From the NCBI GenBank assembly GCA_965112735.1, contig OZ218961.1, positions 2,852,001 to 2,916,000 of the forward strand: DNA of 64,000 bases, written 5' to 3'. The position numbers and the translations under genes were made by a program. Below the pieces are notes generated by a model. It was not told where the DNA came from and made no database searches. It saw nothing but the letters and a program-made list of their open reading frames with translations. Of the stretch, positions 26,321-37,878 are shown one piece after another. Each line of letters begins with the position of its first letter. The stretch's first letter is position 1. The stretch is from Phaeosaccion multiseriatum (Eukaryota; Protista; Ochrophyta, other classes).

Positions 26321-28333
26321 ATGGCTAAGAAGAGGGGCCGGAGCAGTAGCACCGCCGCCCCAGTCCCACTCTACCATCATCACCCCCCTCGCCGGCCGTA
26401 CAGTTCGACCGTGCCGAGGCTTCTCCCCTGGCAAGACTGGGAGGAGTGGAGGCATGTGCATTCTTTGCTCTTCTCTTTGGCTCCCGGCGATCGCTGGCAA
26501 GGTGTCGAGCACGTGTCGGTGTGGCGCGCGAGGGAGCGGTTGCCCCAAGCCATAGACTCGACTGCTCACTTGGTGGAGCAGCAGCTCATTGACCAGACGC
26601 CAGTATCAGAGGCAGTAGGGGCAATGGCTCCGAGGAGTGAAATAGAGCGGCGTCTGGCATACTCAGCGGTGATACTCAGATGTGTGAATGGCTTGCTGGA
26701 CGACAAGCAGCAGGGAGTCCACGCGATGTCGATTGCCTCTCTGGCGCGCGGAGTGGGGCTTCCTGTGTGGCTCGTGGATCTTCGTCACCACGCCACGCAC
26801 AAAGATATGCCTAGCTTGAGTACGCTGCAGCTGGCAGGGGCGTCCTTACTCGACTTTATGGCGCAGAACTATTGGGCAGCCCAGCTGGAGCACCTCGACT
26901 TCCTGGCAACGGCCTTTGAACGACTGCTCAAGCCCTACGTCATAGCTGCTACTGCCGCTGCTGCTACCGCTGATGAGAAGAGTAGAAGTGGGATTTCCTC
27001 CTCCAAGCAACCGAAGGGGGCCAGTGCGGCGGCGTTGAGCTGCGCGGCGGACTTGCTGGAGCACACCACTCCAACCTCGCTGCTGCACATTCTCACCCAA
27101 CGCCTGGTCTGGCCGCGATTGGACTTGGGCCTCCTACTCTCGCCCGCTGCTACAACCTCGCTGATGGACAAGGAGGGCGGGCAACAAAAGGGGGGCAGTA
27201 GCAGCAGTGGTATTGGCGGGGACGATGGCAACGGCGAACAAGCCCGTGTGGACGCAGTGTTTCAATCTCTCAAGCCCCTGTACCTACCTCTGCTGTGTAA
27301 GTGCACCGAGAGCTCCTACGGCTTTGGTGCGGCGCTCCTCGTCACCCTGGTGGAGCGGGTACTCATGCAGCAGCAGCAGCAGCAGCAGCAGCCTGAGTGC
27401 TGGCTGGAGTTGGGCCTCTGCCTGCGCTGGGTGCGTCTTTTGCTCAGTAGAGAGTGGATGTTGGCAAACACGGCTGCCTACGGGGAATATTCTGTTGGCG
27501 AGAGGGGCGGGGATGGAAAGGAAGAGGCGCGAAAGGAGAAAGGGAAGGACAACAGCAGCAGTAGCAGTAGCAGTAGCACACCACCAGGCAAGAGGAAGAG
27601 GAGTGAAATGAAGTCATCCTCTGATGGCAACAGTGACGATGACGAAGGCACTTCCGCCCCTCTTGGATTCCTCGTGCAAGTTGCTCACATGGCTGTGCCC
27701 GAGCTGCTGAGACGGTGCTTGGAGACGTTGCATGACACCGGTCACGGCGCGTATGCCTCCATTCCTTCCACATCTGATGGCCACAGCAGCACCGAGTCCG
27801 TTGCCAAGGGAGCCTCCCCCGCACCCCCCGCGGCCCTTCTTGGCCTGAAGCAGGTGCTGTCTGCAGCGTTGGGGGCGGATCTCGCGACTGAAATCGCTGA
27901 GGACGTATCGAGCGCCATGGCTATGCCTTCATCATCATCTTCTTCGACTCCTGTTCCTGTTGCTACCGCTACTCAGTCACTGCTCGGCGATCCGGACCAG
28001 CCTTCTCCTGGGTGTGAAGCGAGTAGGTCATCATCATCATCATCAGTAGCAGCAGCAGGAGGAGGAGAAGGAGAAGGAGGAGGAGAAGGAGGAGAAGGAC
28101 AGGGCTTGTTGAGCCTTGAGGAGATGGAGAAGCTGCTGTTGGAGTCGGACAAGGGGGCGAGTACGACCGTTCCCACACCACAGCCGAGCGAACCTGAGCA
28201 GCAGCAGGAAGGCGGGCGGACAAGCGCCCCCCCGGGGGGCCGTGTGGGGGTGCGCGTGGGATGGGCCAAGTGCGAGAGGTGGACACCGTGTGCCATCGGA
28301 GCTTTGCCTGGGTGGAGCTGCACCCCCCTCTAA
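26321..28333 (+). CDS. LAS1: Las1-like pre-rRNA processing HEPN endonuclease, intronless
   Basis: PRLLPWQDWEEW, VSVWRAR..LPQAIDSTAHL, LAYSAVILRCVNGLLD, GLPVWLVDLRHHATH (HEPN RxxxxH), and C-terminal WTPCAIGALP. Confidence 0.93.
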   Translation: MAKKRGRSSSTAAPVPLYHHHPPRRPYSSTVPRLLPWQDWEEWRHVHSLLFSLAPGDRWQGVEHVSVWRARERLPQAIDSTAHLVEQQLIDQTPVSEAVGAMAPRSEIERRLAYSAVILRCVNGLLDDKQQGVHAMSIASLARGVGLPVWLVDLRHHATHKDMPSLSTLQLAGASLLDFMAQNYWAAQLEHLDFLATAFERLLKPYVIAATAAAATADEKSRSGISSSKQPKGASAAALSCAADLLEHTTPTSLLHILTQRLVWPRLDLGLLLSPAATTSLMDKEGGQQKGGSSSSGIGGDDGNGEQARVDAVFQSLKPLYLPLLCKCTESSYGFGAALLVTLVERVLMQQQQQQQQPECWLELGLCLRWVRLLLSREWMLANTAAYGEYSVGERGGDGKEEARKEKGKDNSSSSSSSSTPPGKRKRSEMKSSSDGNSDDDEGTSAPLGFLVQVAHMAVPELLRRCLETLHDTGHGAYASIPSTSDGHSSTESVAKGASPAPPAALLGLKQVLSAALGADLATEIAEDVSSAMAMPSSSSSSTPVPVATATQSLLGDPDQPSPGCEASRSSSSSSVAAAGGGEGEGGGEGGEGQGLLSLEEMEKLLLESDKGASTTVPTPQPSEPEQQQEGGRTSAPPGGRVGVRVGWAKCERWTPCAIGALPGWSCTPL

Positions 28334-28732
28334 GAGCGCTCCAATAATGTAACGATCGATGGTACTGTATGGCGTGTGAGATGAGAGGGTTTACGGAAGA
28401 GTCATAGGATCGGTGCTGTATTTCGTTTCATTAGAAGCTCGCTTGTGTAATTGAGAAAAAAAAATAAAAATGGAATGTGTGGTGCCGGCACTGCCCCACA
28501 CTTGTGTAACGTATAAACTTGCTTGGAAATGGAAATGGTGCCGCTCTTGGCTTCTTCTCGTTGCGGAAGCAGCTTCACACTGTACACTTCCCTCCCGACA
28601 CATCCTCACTTGTAACGATATGCCCACATCGGGCATCGCCCCGCAAGACTCCCGATGTGCCCATAGGAATGTCCGTGTAGTGGCTGGTGCATTGCCAGGC
28701 CTCGTCCCTCATATCCGAATGTCCCTCTCTCA

Positions 28733-29632
28733 TCATCGCGAAGGGAAGTTCCAGTCATCCGCCGGAGGGGGCAGCCGCCGTGGGGCGTCACACTCCGCAC
28801 ACATGACTGTGCCCGCGCCCTGGCACTCTCCACACTTGGAAGGGCTCACGTCGTCAGTAAAGAGAAAGCCTTTGCCCTTACACGCAAGGCACTTGACCAT
28901 GCCCACGTCGTCGCACATCGAGCAGGCTCGCACCCCGACTGCGGTGCCACTACTTCTACTCTGCTGCTGCCTCGTGGCCACTTCTGCCTCTTCCTCCTCC
29001 TGAACATCTCTCGCTCCCCTCCGTGAGCCAACGGCTGCTTTGTAGAACTCGGACTTCTTCATTCGCCACTTCCCGTCCAACTTCTCCTCTGGGGGCTCCC
29101 ACTGAGGCAGCCCTTGCTCTTCACGTGACTCTGCGCTCCAGCGGATGCCCAAGAAGCCAAATGTGCCCCACACAACCCCGTACACCAAGCAATCGAAGAG
29201 CTGCTGCGCAGTCGGAGCCACAAACTCGAACCCTGACGCCACCATCCTCCTCTGCGTCTGTCGGACTCGCTCGCGTCTGCTCCTGCTCCTGGTGCCCCTA
29301 CTCCTAGTCCTACTGCAACTACTTCCACCTCTCGTCAGTGTCCTGCCGCTCGCCCCACAACCACACCCTCCGTCTGCGTGGCCCATGTTCTCGAAGGTTG
29401 CCCTCGCAGCTAGACCCCCATCTCTTCTGCGCACCCTCGGCGCCAGAGAGGACAGGCCAAGGGCCCCGTCCTCTTGTGCTCGCCCTGCCCTGTTGTTCGC
29501 ACGCAAGACCGCTTGCCGCTGAGGCATTTGGGGCACAAAGGCAGCTACCCCGCACATACTTCCTTGTTGATTGTACTCGCTGCAGCAGCAGGTCATTACC
29601 GCCAGCGCAAAGGGGATTTTGATGTGCTTCAT
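28733..29632 (-). CDS. Plastid-targeted membrane protein with C-terminal DnaJ-type Cys-rich zinc finger (no J domain seen)
   Basis: Single ORF, first ATG at 29632. Signal-like N-terminus followed by VAA-FVP. One hydrophobic segment (LVYGVVWGTFGFLGIRW). Four CxxC(xGxG) units: CSMCDDVG, CLACKGKG, CGECQGAG, CAEC. Confidence 0.75.
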   Translation of the reverse strand: MKHIKIPFALAVMTCCCSEYNQQGSMCGVAAFVPQMPQRQAVLRANNRAGRAQEDGALGLSSLAPRVRRRDGGLAARATFENMGHADGGCGCGASGRTLTRGGSSCSRTRSRGTRSRSRRERVRQTQRRMVASGFEFVAPTAQQLFDCLVYGVVWGTFGFLGIRWSAESREEQGLPQWEPPEEKLDGKWRMKKSEFYKAAVGSRRGARDVQEEEEAEVATRQQQSRSSGTAVGVRACSMCDDVGMVKCLACKGKGFLFTDDVSPSKCGECQGAGTVMCAECDAPRRLPPPADDWNFPSR

Positions 29633-29930
29633 TGGCTCAGTCACCAACACCTTTTAATTGGGCGTGCTCTGCTTCTTTCTTCTCCTTCCTTCACCTTGAG
29701 GCCGAACGAATGGCCAGGTATAGACTGTGGCCAATGAGGGCGTGGTGATGGTAGGAGAAAAGGAGAGAAAAGGAAGAGGGAGTAGTGGGGCCGCTGGCCG
29801 CCCGCATGAGCTCTTCTTTTTTTCTCGAGGCCCTCGACACGTTCCGGCCCGCTCTTTTGGATCCCTTTTTTTTTTGAAAGCTTCTTCCCCCCGTTTCCCT
29901 CTCCTCTCTGCTACACTCCCACACTGAGCC

Positions 29931-31470
29931 ATGGCGAATACGGAGGACAAAGTGGTCGTGGAGGAGACTGAGGGAGGAGAGGAGCCAAAGAAGACCACCA
30001 AGAAGAACAAGAAGAAGAGAGCCGCCCCCGAGGCATCCACCCCCTCATCCGCTGCACCGCCCATTAGCGACGACCTGGTTTGGTGAGTGCGTTATCCGCC
30101 GAGCCTGCTCGTCCCTCCTTGCGTCTTACAGGCTTTCGCGCCCTCGTGATGGAGTGGAGCGGGCCTGGACCTGGCACTCTTGCTCTGATCAAGGGCGGGG
30201 AACTCAACCCTCTTCCCTTCCTCCTGCTTTGATATCCTGCTTTCCTCAGAAGAGAACTCAACGCTCTCCCTTCCCCTTCTTTCAGGTCCATGCCGGCCAC
30301 CAAGGAGGGCAAGAAGGAGATGATGAACGAGATGATCGCCTTGCTGATTAAGCAGGGCGTTAAGGTGGATGCCGACTCTGTCGACCACAAGAGGTCGGTC
30401 ATTGCCCTCTTCGATGCGGAGAAGGACTCAGAGGAGCAGGTGAAAGCCAAGACGCTGGTGCAAGCGGCCGGTGATAAGTTTGGTTATGAGGACGGATTTG
30501 GGGGCGAACGGGAGACCGCCAAGAAGGCGCGTGCCTCGAAGGTGAGGGGGGGAGGTAGCAGGAGGCTCGTCCATCAGTCTTAGACCTCCCTTTTATTTTG
30601 TTTCATTCCGTGGTCGTGCCTTCGTCTTCAATGCTTGCTTTGGAGAAGGAAGTAGACAGATTGATCTTGGAGGATCTTATATCTTCTTGTTGTTGTGTCG
30701 TACTCCTCGCTGTGCTTCGTTCCTTGCTCACGCCCGTCTGTTGTGTTTGTTTGTGTGTTTGGAGAAGGAGTTAGAGGCTGTAGTGGAAGAGAACCTTCCT
30801 ATAGCCCGACTCTTCAAGCTCCTCTCCGACTACGCCTTCAAGACCGGCGACAAATTCAAGGTACGGTCACAGCGTACACGGTGTTTGGTACTTCTCGCGC
30901 CTTCCCCCGGTTCGTTCTTGCTTCGCTCATTTAGGGGAGGGGTGGAGGGTTATTGCTTCATGCACGTGATCGGCACTGTCGGTGGACGTGATGCTTCAAC
31001 GCGCACAAGCTCCAGCCACCTTCTCAACTCCCCTCCTCCTCTCCCCTGGCCTCCCGCCATGCTCTCGGGTCTTTCTATGCCATCTGCCTACGCCAGGGTG
31101 TGACCTACAAGAAGGTGGTGACTGCTCTGTGCGAGCACGAGGAGCCCGTTGACGAGAAGATCAAGCCGGGCAAGATTAAGGGGTTGGGGAAGAGCTCTTG
31201 TACCAAGATCAAGGTGACTTGACGCGCCTGACTCGTTTCGCTGTGCCTTCGGCCCTGCCTTCTCTCCGCTGCATATACAACAAGACACACATCACTTTGC
31301 TCTCTTCCATATTTGCATGCCGCTGCGTCCTAAGCTGAAACTGAAACCGAGACCTCCTTCCCAACCATGTATTCCCTCCCGCTGTTGTACTTCGGCCGCC
31401 TCAGGAGTTCTTTGAAACGGGCAAGATGGAGGCGGCCGAGGAGGCTCGTCAGTTCTTGTCCTCGTGCTGA
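29931..31470 (+). CDS. Stand-alone DNA polymerase beta 8-kDa (HHH_8)-like helix-hairpin-helix protein, 5 exons
   Basis: Exons 29931-30082, 30286-30541, ~30765-30860, 31097-31213 and 31405-31470 give ...ENLPIARLFKLLSDYAFKTGDKFK|GVTYKKVVTAL...KIKGLGKSSCTKIK|EFFETGKMEAAEE, which aligns with the Pol X N-terminal domain. Stop follows immediately. The gene is fragmented in the ORF track. Confidence 0.78.
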
Positions 31471-31531
31471 AGAGCGAGAGAGACGCGGCTTTCTTCGGGT
31501 TGTGCTGATTTGTGAAAACACAGACACACAT

Positions 31532-31564
<33 letters not shown>

Positions 31565-32748
31565 ACATCCGTTGGGGCATTAATAGGGTTTAGTTTAGCT
31601 GAGGGTATGGGTTTAGGCCTAGGGCGGCGTCTTTTTTGCAATGGTTGGGACCACCGGATGCAGGACCTCTCGTTTGCTCTGTAGCTGGTCTGGTGCAGCG
31701 CTCTGTACCTGCTTGGTTGCAGCGGCGGCTTGTTGAAATGTGGCAGTGGCCTGTCGTACTGAAGTGGGCGATTGGCGATGAGAATCGCATGCTACATTGG
31801 TCGTTGACGTTGTGCTTTTTTGTTTCTTTTGTATATTTCTTACAGACTCGAGGATGATAGGATAGCTTAGGGGTGACAGGATACTGTGGAAGGGGAGGGG
31901 GGTGGGGAAGGTCCGCGGAGAGTCAAGCTCTTTATTAATGGGCCCTGCAAGGGAAGGGTTACCTACAAACATGGAAACCCGTGAACCCCACCCACACACT
32001 TTATGGGGAAGGGGCCACCATGGCGCAAAGTCCCTCCCAAGGGCAAGAAAAAAGTTATGGAACTGATTCTACCACTGCCCCTGCGGCCTGTGTTCGTGCT
32101 TCTCGGTAGCCTCCTCTCGACGCTGCTGGGCCGCGAGGGCCTTGCTTGTTCCATCAGGAGGGTTCTTCAACCCTTGGTCCTCGCCTTGCACCGGTAGGGC
32201 CTTCCTTGCGTCGTCGCTGCGTGTAGTCTACACGCTTCAGTTGTCAGTGCTGCCGTGCAGTCTATCATCTTCGTCCTTGACGAGCTGCGCGGGTGAGGGG
32301 GGGAGGGCTCTTTCAAGTGCTTCCGTGTTTGCCCCGCCACCCCTCTCCAGCCTACACTAGATTGATTACGCTCGGTCATCGCGTCGCACAGCATAGGGAG
32401 AGCGGTGTGAGAAAGCACCTGCGCCTTCTCTTTGTGAGACGAGGAAACAACAAGCGGCGCACAGAGAAAAGGAGGGGCGAGTGGCAAGGTGCAGTGGACA
32501 AATGAGCCGCTACTGTCCGCAAACGTCCTGGACCTCACATTGTCTGCGTGTATCACCACGAGATGGATTGTTGGCTCAAAATTACTAGAAACGGTGCCTA
32601 CAGACAAGGCTTGTCTCACTCTCATGTGCCGGGGCAGATACGTCGGTGCAAAGCCTCAAAACGAGGCTCCGCGAGTTGACCACCACCAAAGTTCACTGTA
32701 CCACCCTCGTAACAGACGAGAAAGTGAAATGATGTACCGCCCCCACAC

Positions 32749-32906
32749 AGCTTTAGAAGCAGTGTGGGTGGGCGGTACGCTTTCTCGTCCTGACTTGGAA
32801 TGTGGATGTATCTCATCGACACATATAGCTTTAGAAGCAGTGTGGGTGGGCGGTACGCTTTCTCGTCCTGACTTGGAATGTGGATGTATCTCATCGACAC
32901 ATATAG
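32749..32906. repeat. Perfect 78-bp tandem duplication
   Basis: AGCTTTAGAAGCAGTGTGGGTGGGCGGTACGC...TCATCGACACATAT occurs twice back-to-back. Confidence 0.92.
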
Positions 32907-33538
32907 TTCGCTCGCCTCTCTCCGTCCTCTCCCTCACAGTAATGCCAGATGCGCCCCGACATCCAGACTCACCCAGTTATCCTCCTTGTTCTTGCTGCTG
33001 CGGGTCTTCGACGTGGCCAGGCGCATCATGAGAGAGAGAGGCGGGCCTCGCTGAGAAAGAGACGGGGGCCTCGCTCCCTCCCAATCCAATGAAACTCAGA
33101 GAGAGAAGCGAGTGGAAGCACGGCAGGCCGCCACGGCTATTGATGCGAAACAGCTGCAGTAGGTGGATCCCATCCACCTGTGTAAGCAAGCCCTACATGG
33201 TAAAGAAGAGAGACGCTTAGAGAGAGGTTAGAGAGAGAGGAATTGAGGGAGTGATGGAGAAGATCGCTTGCTTGGGTCAAGGCCCCCAGGAAGGGGCTTC
33301 CCCTCTCCAATTCTCCTCTATCCTCTAAGGGCAAGAGCGCCCTTTCCCTCTCCTTCATTCATATCTGAAGAGCGGCGAAGAGAAGGATCGACAGCAGCAG
33401 ACTTTCAGGGTGCGGCTGGGGCTTTTCACGTTCTCCCGGTGCGAAGAGCGGCTTAACGAAAGAGCAGCCAGCGCAAGAACCCAAGAGCGGAGCATCAGAG
33501 CCGCACGCACGCACCTTTCGTAGGTCAGAGCGGACGGG

Positions 33539-35560
33539 ATGGCGAAAAAGGTGCTGCTGATGGGCAAGTCGGGGTCAGGAAAGACCTCGATGCGCTCCAT
33601 CATCTTCGCCAACTACCTCGCCAGAGACACACAGAGACTCAGCCCTACCTTAGACGTGGAGCATTCGCATGTCAGGTGGGTGCGCGCGACGAAAGAGGAA
33701 GGAGATAACATGTATTGAGAAGGCGGGCCGCTAGTACAGGGCTCGAGGAGCCGATTACGAACTGCGGGTGTGAAAAGAAAGCAAATCGAGGAAAGGAGAG
33801 GGGGTAGCGCGAAATCCGGCCTGATGGAATGATAGGACTGGACCGGGCTCACCCTTCCCACTCCCATCAGTCTCACGTCTCTGGATATGAGTGTTTCTCC
33901 AACTTAGAGCTTCCCTCCCGCCCTCCGCCTCCGCCCCCCCGCCCTCCGCACTCGACGGTGGCGCTTGACTTTATCGATAATCCGGCCTCTTACGATCTCA
34001 CCCTTCCCTCCTCGATACCCGTCTGTCCAAACATCGTGCGCGCGTGCGTGCAGATTTCTGGGCAATTTAGTGCTGAACCTGTGGGACTGCGGGGGGCAAG
34101 ACGCTTTCTACGAGTCGTACTTTGACTCCCAGAGAGACCTGATCTTCAGGGGTGTAGAGGTGATCATTTACGTGTTTGACATTGAGAGCAACGAGCTGCA
34201 GAAGGACCTAACGCACTACAGCGGAGTGCTTGAGGCCATCGAGCAGAACTCTCCAGGTGAGGGAGGCGAAATGGTAAAATGTGTGGGGAGAACTGTCCTT
34301 GGGATGCAGTGTTTGAATGGAGAAGGAGGTGTGTGTGTGTGTGTCGGCAGCACGAAGCTGAACCAATCCCATCCCCCCCCCCCCCTCCTCCCTACGCCAA
34401 CACACACACACGCACACACACACACATGTACACACACACACATACACACACACACATACACACACACACACACACGACCAGACGCGTCCATCTTCGTCCT
34501 GATCCACAAGATGGACCTCGTGGCTGAGGACCACCGCCATGCTGTCTTCTCCGACAGACGGGAGCTCATCCTGGGGCACTCGCGCGGCCTGCAGCCCTCC
34601 TTCTTCCAGACCTCCATCTGGGACGAAACGCTCTACAAGGCGTGGAGCAGCATCGTTTACAGCCTCATCCCCAACATAAAGGTGCGAGGGCGTGGGGCGT
34701 GGGCGTGTGTAGGCGTGTGTGTGCGTGCGTGTAGACAGACGTCAATGGATGGGTGCTCTATGCTTCATCTGATCCGTGTTGGTCCGAAGTGGTGCTTGGA
34801 GTGCGATGCTCCCCGTACGATACGAAGCCTCCCTAAAAGAGAAGAGAGAGAGAGAGTAAAACGGAAGAGAAAGTAAAAGAGGGGTGGTTTCCGAAGAGAA
34901 TGTGGGACGGGTCTGATCGTCTGTCGCCCCCGGGCCCCCACTCCCTCGCCCATGATGTGTATACGTATGCGTACGTGTTCCTCACAGGTGCTCGAGAGCC
35001 ATTTGCAAAACTTTTGCAAGATTTGCGACGCTGACGAGGTGGTACTCTTCGAGCGAGCAACGTTTTTGGTCATTTCACACGCCACGCAAGCCATGCACTA
35101 CGACATCCACCGCTTCGAGAAGATTAGCAACATTATTAAGCAGTTCAAGCTCTCCGTCAGTAAAACTCAGGTGGGGTGGGGCGAGCGAAGCCTTCAGAGC
35201 GAGTGGTGGGTGGTATTCTTAATTCTATTCGGCTCACTGCTCACCTGGGTGGTTGTAGCTTTCCTCACTTTGCCCCCCCTTTCTTCTTCCCTCCTCTCCT
35301 CTCCGTGTTGTCCGCCTGCCCCTGTCTCTGCCCCTGCTCTTTGTCCTTCCCTCCCTTCTTCCTTCCTTCTGCCTCAGGCCCAATTTCAAGGGATGGAGGT
35401 GCGCAACTCGTCCTTTACAGCCTTCATGAACTCCTTCGCCGCCAACACATACATCATGGTCATTCTCTCCGACCCCACCATCCAGACCGCCACCGTAGAG
35501 CTCAACATCAAGGCAGCTCGGAAACACTTCGAGCGATTCGTGCCTCAAACAGCCTCATGA
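33539..35560 (+). CDS. RRAGA: RagA/B (Gtr1) GTPase of TORC1 signalling, 5 exons
   Basis: [69 protein letters not shown] and [15 protein letters not shown]. Confidence 0.97.
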
Positions 35561-35998
35561 TTATGTATGACTGGCCTTGGTCGGCACTTCTGTAAAAAAT
35601 CAAGTAGATTTTCCTTTTTTATTTTATGCACTTCCTTCCCTCTGGCCGCTTCCCCCCCGCTCATAATATGTGGCTAGAGGCAGGGCACTATCGAGGGCCG
35701 GCATGCTTCCTTTGGTCTCCCTCCACACTATACAACAACCCTTGGCCGAAGACGCCAAGCAAATCCATGTACATCGCGGATCAAGTCTTCGGCATGAGCC
35801 CCTCATGAAATGATCGTCCGGGGGGTCGCTCCTCCCCTCCTCCTCCTCTTTCCCGGTTAGGGGGCATCTCCTTGCTGCGGGCCTATGGTCGTGGGTCCCC
35901 CGCTGCTGCCACTGAAAATGAACACGCCCTTCTTGAAGCTGTCACAGTTGTGCCCCTGCTTCTTTGTCTCCGCAACTGCTGGCGGAGTGTTAAACCTC

Positions 35999-36226
35999 TC
36001 ATTTCGTACTAGCCGGTGGTGGGGTTCTCCCCGCGGCGAGGGCATCTGCAGCAGCCTTCTCCTTCGCCGCGAATTCCGCTGATCGCTCTCTACTCTTTTG
36101 GAACCCCCCTATGCTGCTCATCGTCAAGTTGAATGCGCAAAATCCCGTGTACCCGATGAGACCGAGCACCAAAGTCTTGTGGCCCACGTCCATGAGCTTG
36201 TGCGCCGCGCGCCAGGCCTGCGACAT
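35999..36226 (-). CDS. Small single-TM protein, COX14-like cytochrome c oxidase assembly factor
   Basis: 75-aa ORF containing DVGHKTLVLGLIGYT followed by a TM segment and a charged tail, like the COX14 family D-x-G-H/Y-K/R-TM pattern. It is head-to-head with AlaX. Confidence 0.6.
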   Translation of the reverse strand: MSQAWRAAHKLMDVGHKTLVLGLIGYTGFCAFNLTMSSIGGFQKSRERSAEFAAKEKAAADALAAGRTPPPASTK

Positions 36227-36458
36227 GAGAGGGCCTGCTGCCTACGAGTTCGTTCGTCTACCAGCAATCAACGAATCAGAAAGGAGAGGGGATGATGGGG
36301 GAGGGGGTGAAGCAGGGTGAGAGAGGGAGCTAGAGAGATGGCGGGGCGGAGGGAAAAAACGGAGGGGGGATATAGGGCGGAGGCCCCGATGAGTCAGCCG
36401 TCGCCAAAAGTATCACCAACACGCAAATCAAAAAGTACCAAATTTCAAATCGTGTAAT

Positions 36459-37593
36459 ATGGCGGCGTTCGTCTCCCCCCCCCGCACCGTGAAGGAGTAC
36501 TACGAAGACACGTACCGATTTCAGAGCAGTGCTACAGTTCTACATGTTGAGAGGGAAAGGGAGAAAGAGGAAGGAGGAGGAGAAGGAGGAGCAGAGGGGT
36601 GGACGGTTGTGTTGGACAAAACCATTTTTCACCCACAGGGAGGCGGACAGCCCTCCGACTCGGGCAAGATGAAGCTAGATAATCGTCTCTTTGTTGTGGA
36701 GGCTGTGCAAAGCGATCGGAAGAGTGGCATAGTTAAGCACAGCGGGAGATTCAGCTTCGAGGAGGAAGCCGAGACGGAGGCTGGGGCAGAGTTCGCTGTG
36801 GGCGAAACTGTGCAGCTCTTTGTTGACGAGGCGCGTAGGAGGACGAACGCTCGTTTGCACAGTGCAGGGCACCTTTTAGACTGTGCCATGGCCATTGTTA
36901 AGGTATGTCTGCTCTCTCTCTCTCTATGTGTGTGTATCCTCACCTCACAACTCCCACGCTCTTCTCCGAACAGCCAAGCTTGAAGGCCTCCAAGGGGTAT
37001 CACTATGCCGATGGTGCGTATGTCGAGTACCAAGACTCCACCGGCTCATCGCTTGGCACCGGCAAGGGCGGTGTCTTCACCCCGGAAGACAAGGCAGACT
37101 TGTGCAGCATGCTCCAAACGCACATGGACCGACTCGTTGAAGAGGCCATTCCCGTGCTGGTCACATACAGGGATGAATCAGGCCGGCACGTGAGCATTGG
37201 CGAGCAGGACGAAGGCTGCGGTTGTGGAGGAACACACGTCAAGAACTCGTCCGAGCTGGGCAAGGTCGTCCTCGGCAAGATGCAAAAGAAGAAGAAGTAA
37301 GCTTAGTAAGCGAGAGAGAGAGAGAGCGAGAGCGACAGACATGAGGAGAGAGGGACAAACTGGCTGAGGCAGCGAGGCACAGACAGAGAGAACAGGATGA
37401 GACTGCGAGAGGGAGACAGAGAGGAGATATTGGTCGGACTGCTGGCTCAGCCGGTCGACTGCTTGTGGGTATGGCTCACTCTTTCTATCTCCCTTCCCCC
37501 ACCCGCCCTCTCTCTCTTCTCTCTTTCTCGTTCTTTCTCTCTCTCTCTCTCCTCTCTCCCTCTCTCTCTCGCTCTCCCTCCCTCTCTCTCTCA

Positions 37594-37642
<49 letters not shown>

Positions 37643-37711
37643 GTCTGTCTGTCTGTCTCTCCACGCTCTCTCCTCAGTCTCAAGGTCAGATACTCAGTGG
37701 AGAGTGCGTGA
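36459..37711 (+). CDS. AlaX-type free-standing alanyl-tRNA editing protein, 3 exons
   Basis: VLDKTIFHPQGGGQPSD, Zn motifs HSAGH (HxxxH) and CGGTH (CxxxH). Exons 36459-36902, 36974-37296 and 37678-37711 (ending ...KVRYSVESA*). Confidence 0.92.
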
Positions 37712-37754
37712 GTTTACCGCCGAGAGTTTGCTGCCGAGAGAGACGGGGCACACA

Positions 37755-37878
37755 TGGCTACGATCGATCAAGACCTACGGGGGAGAGGTGGCTACGATCA
37801 AGACCTACGGGGGAGAGGTGGCTACGATCAAGACCTACGGGGGAGAGGTGGCTACGATCAAGACCTACGGGGGAGAGG
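37755..37878. repeat. 30-bp tandem repeat, about 4 copies, just 3' of AlaX
   Basis: Unit GGCTACGATCAAGACCTACGGGGGAGAGGT; the first copy carries an extra GATC. A 14-bp duplication GCAAGCTCGGTTAT follows at about 37887-37914. Confidence 0.92.

Noticed and set aside
26321-28333. HEPN RxxxxH protein as a toxin or defence nuclease
   Set aside because: Flanking motifs identify ordinary Las1 (pre-rRNA ITS2 processing).
37755-37878. CRISPR-like array (30-bp repeats); likewise 40451-40617 and 13072-13275
   Set aside because: Units are contiguous with no unique spacers, there are no cas genes, and the context is eukaryotic.
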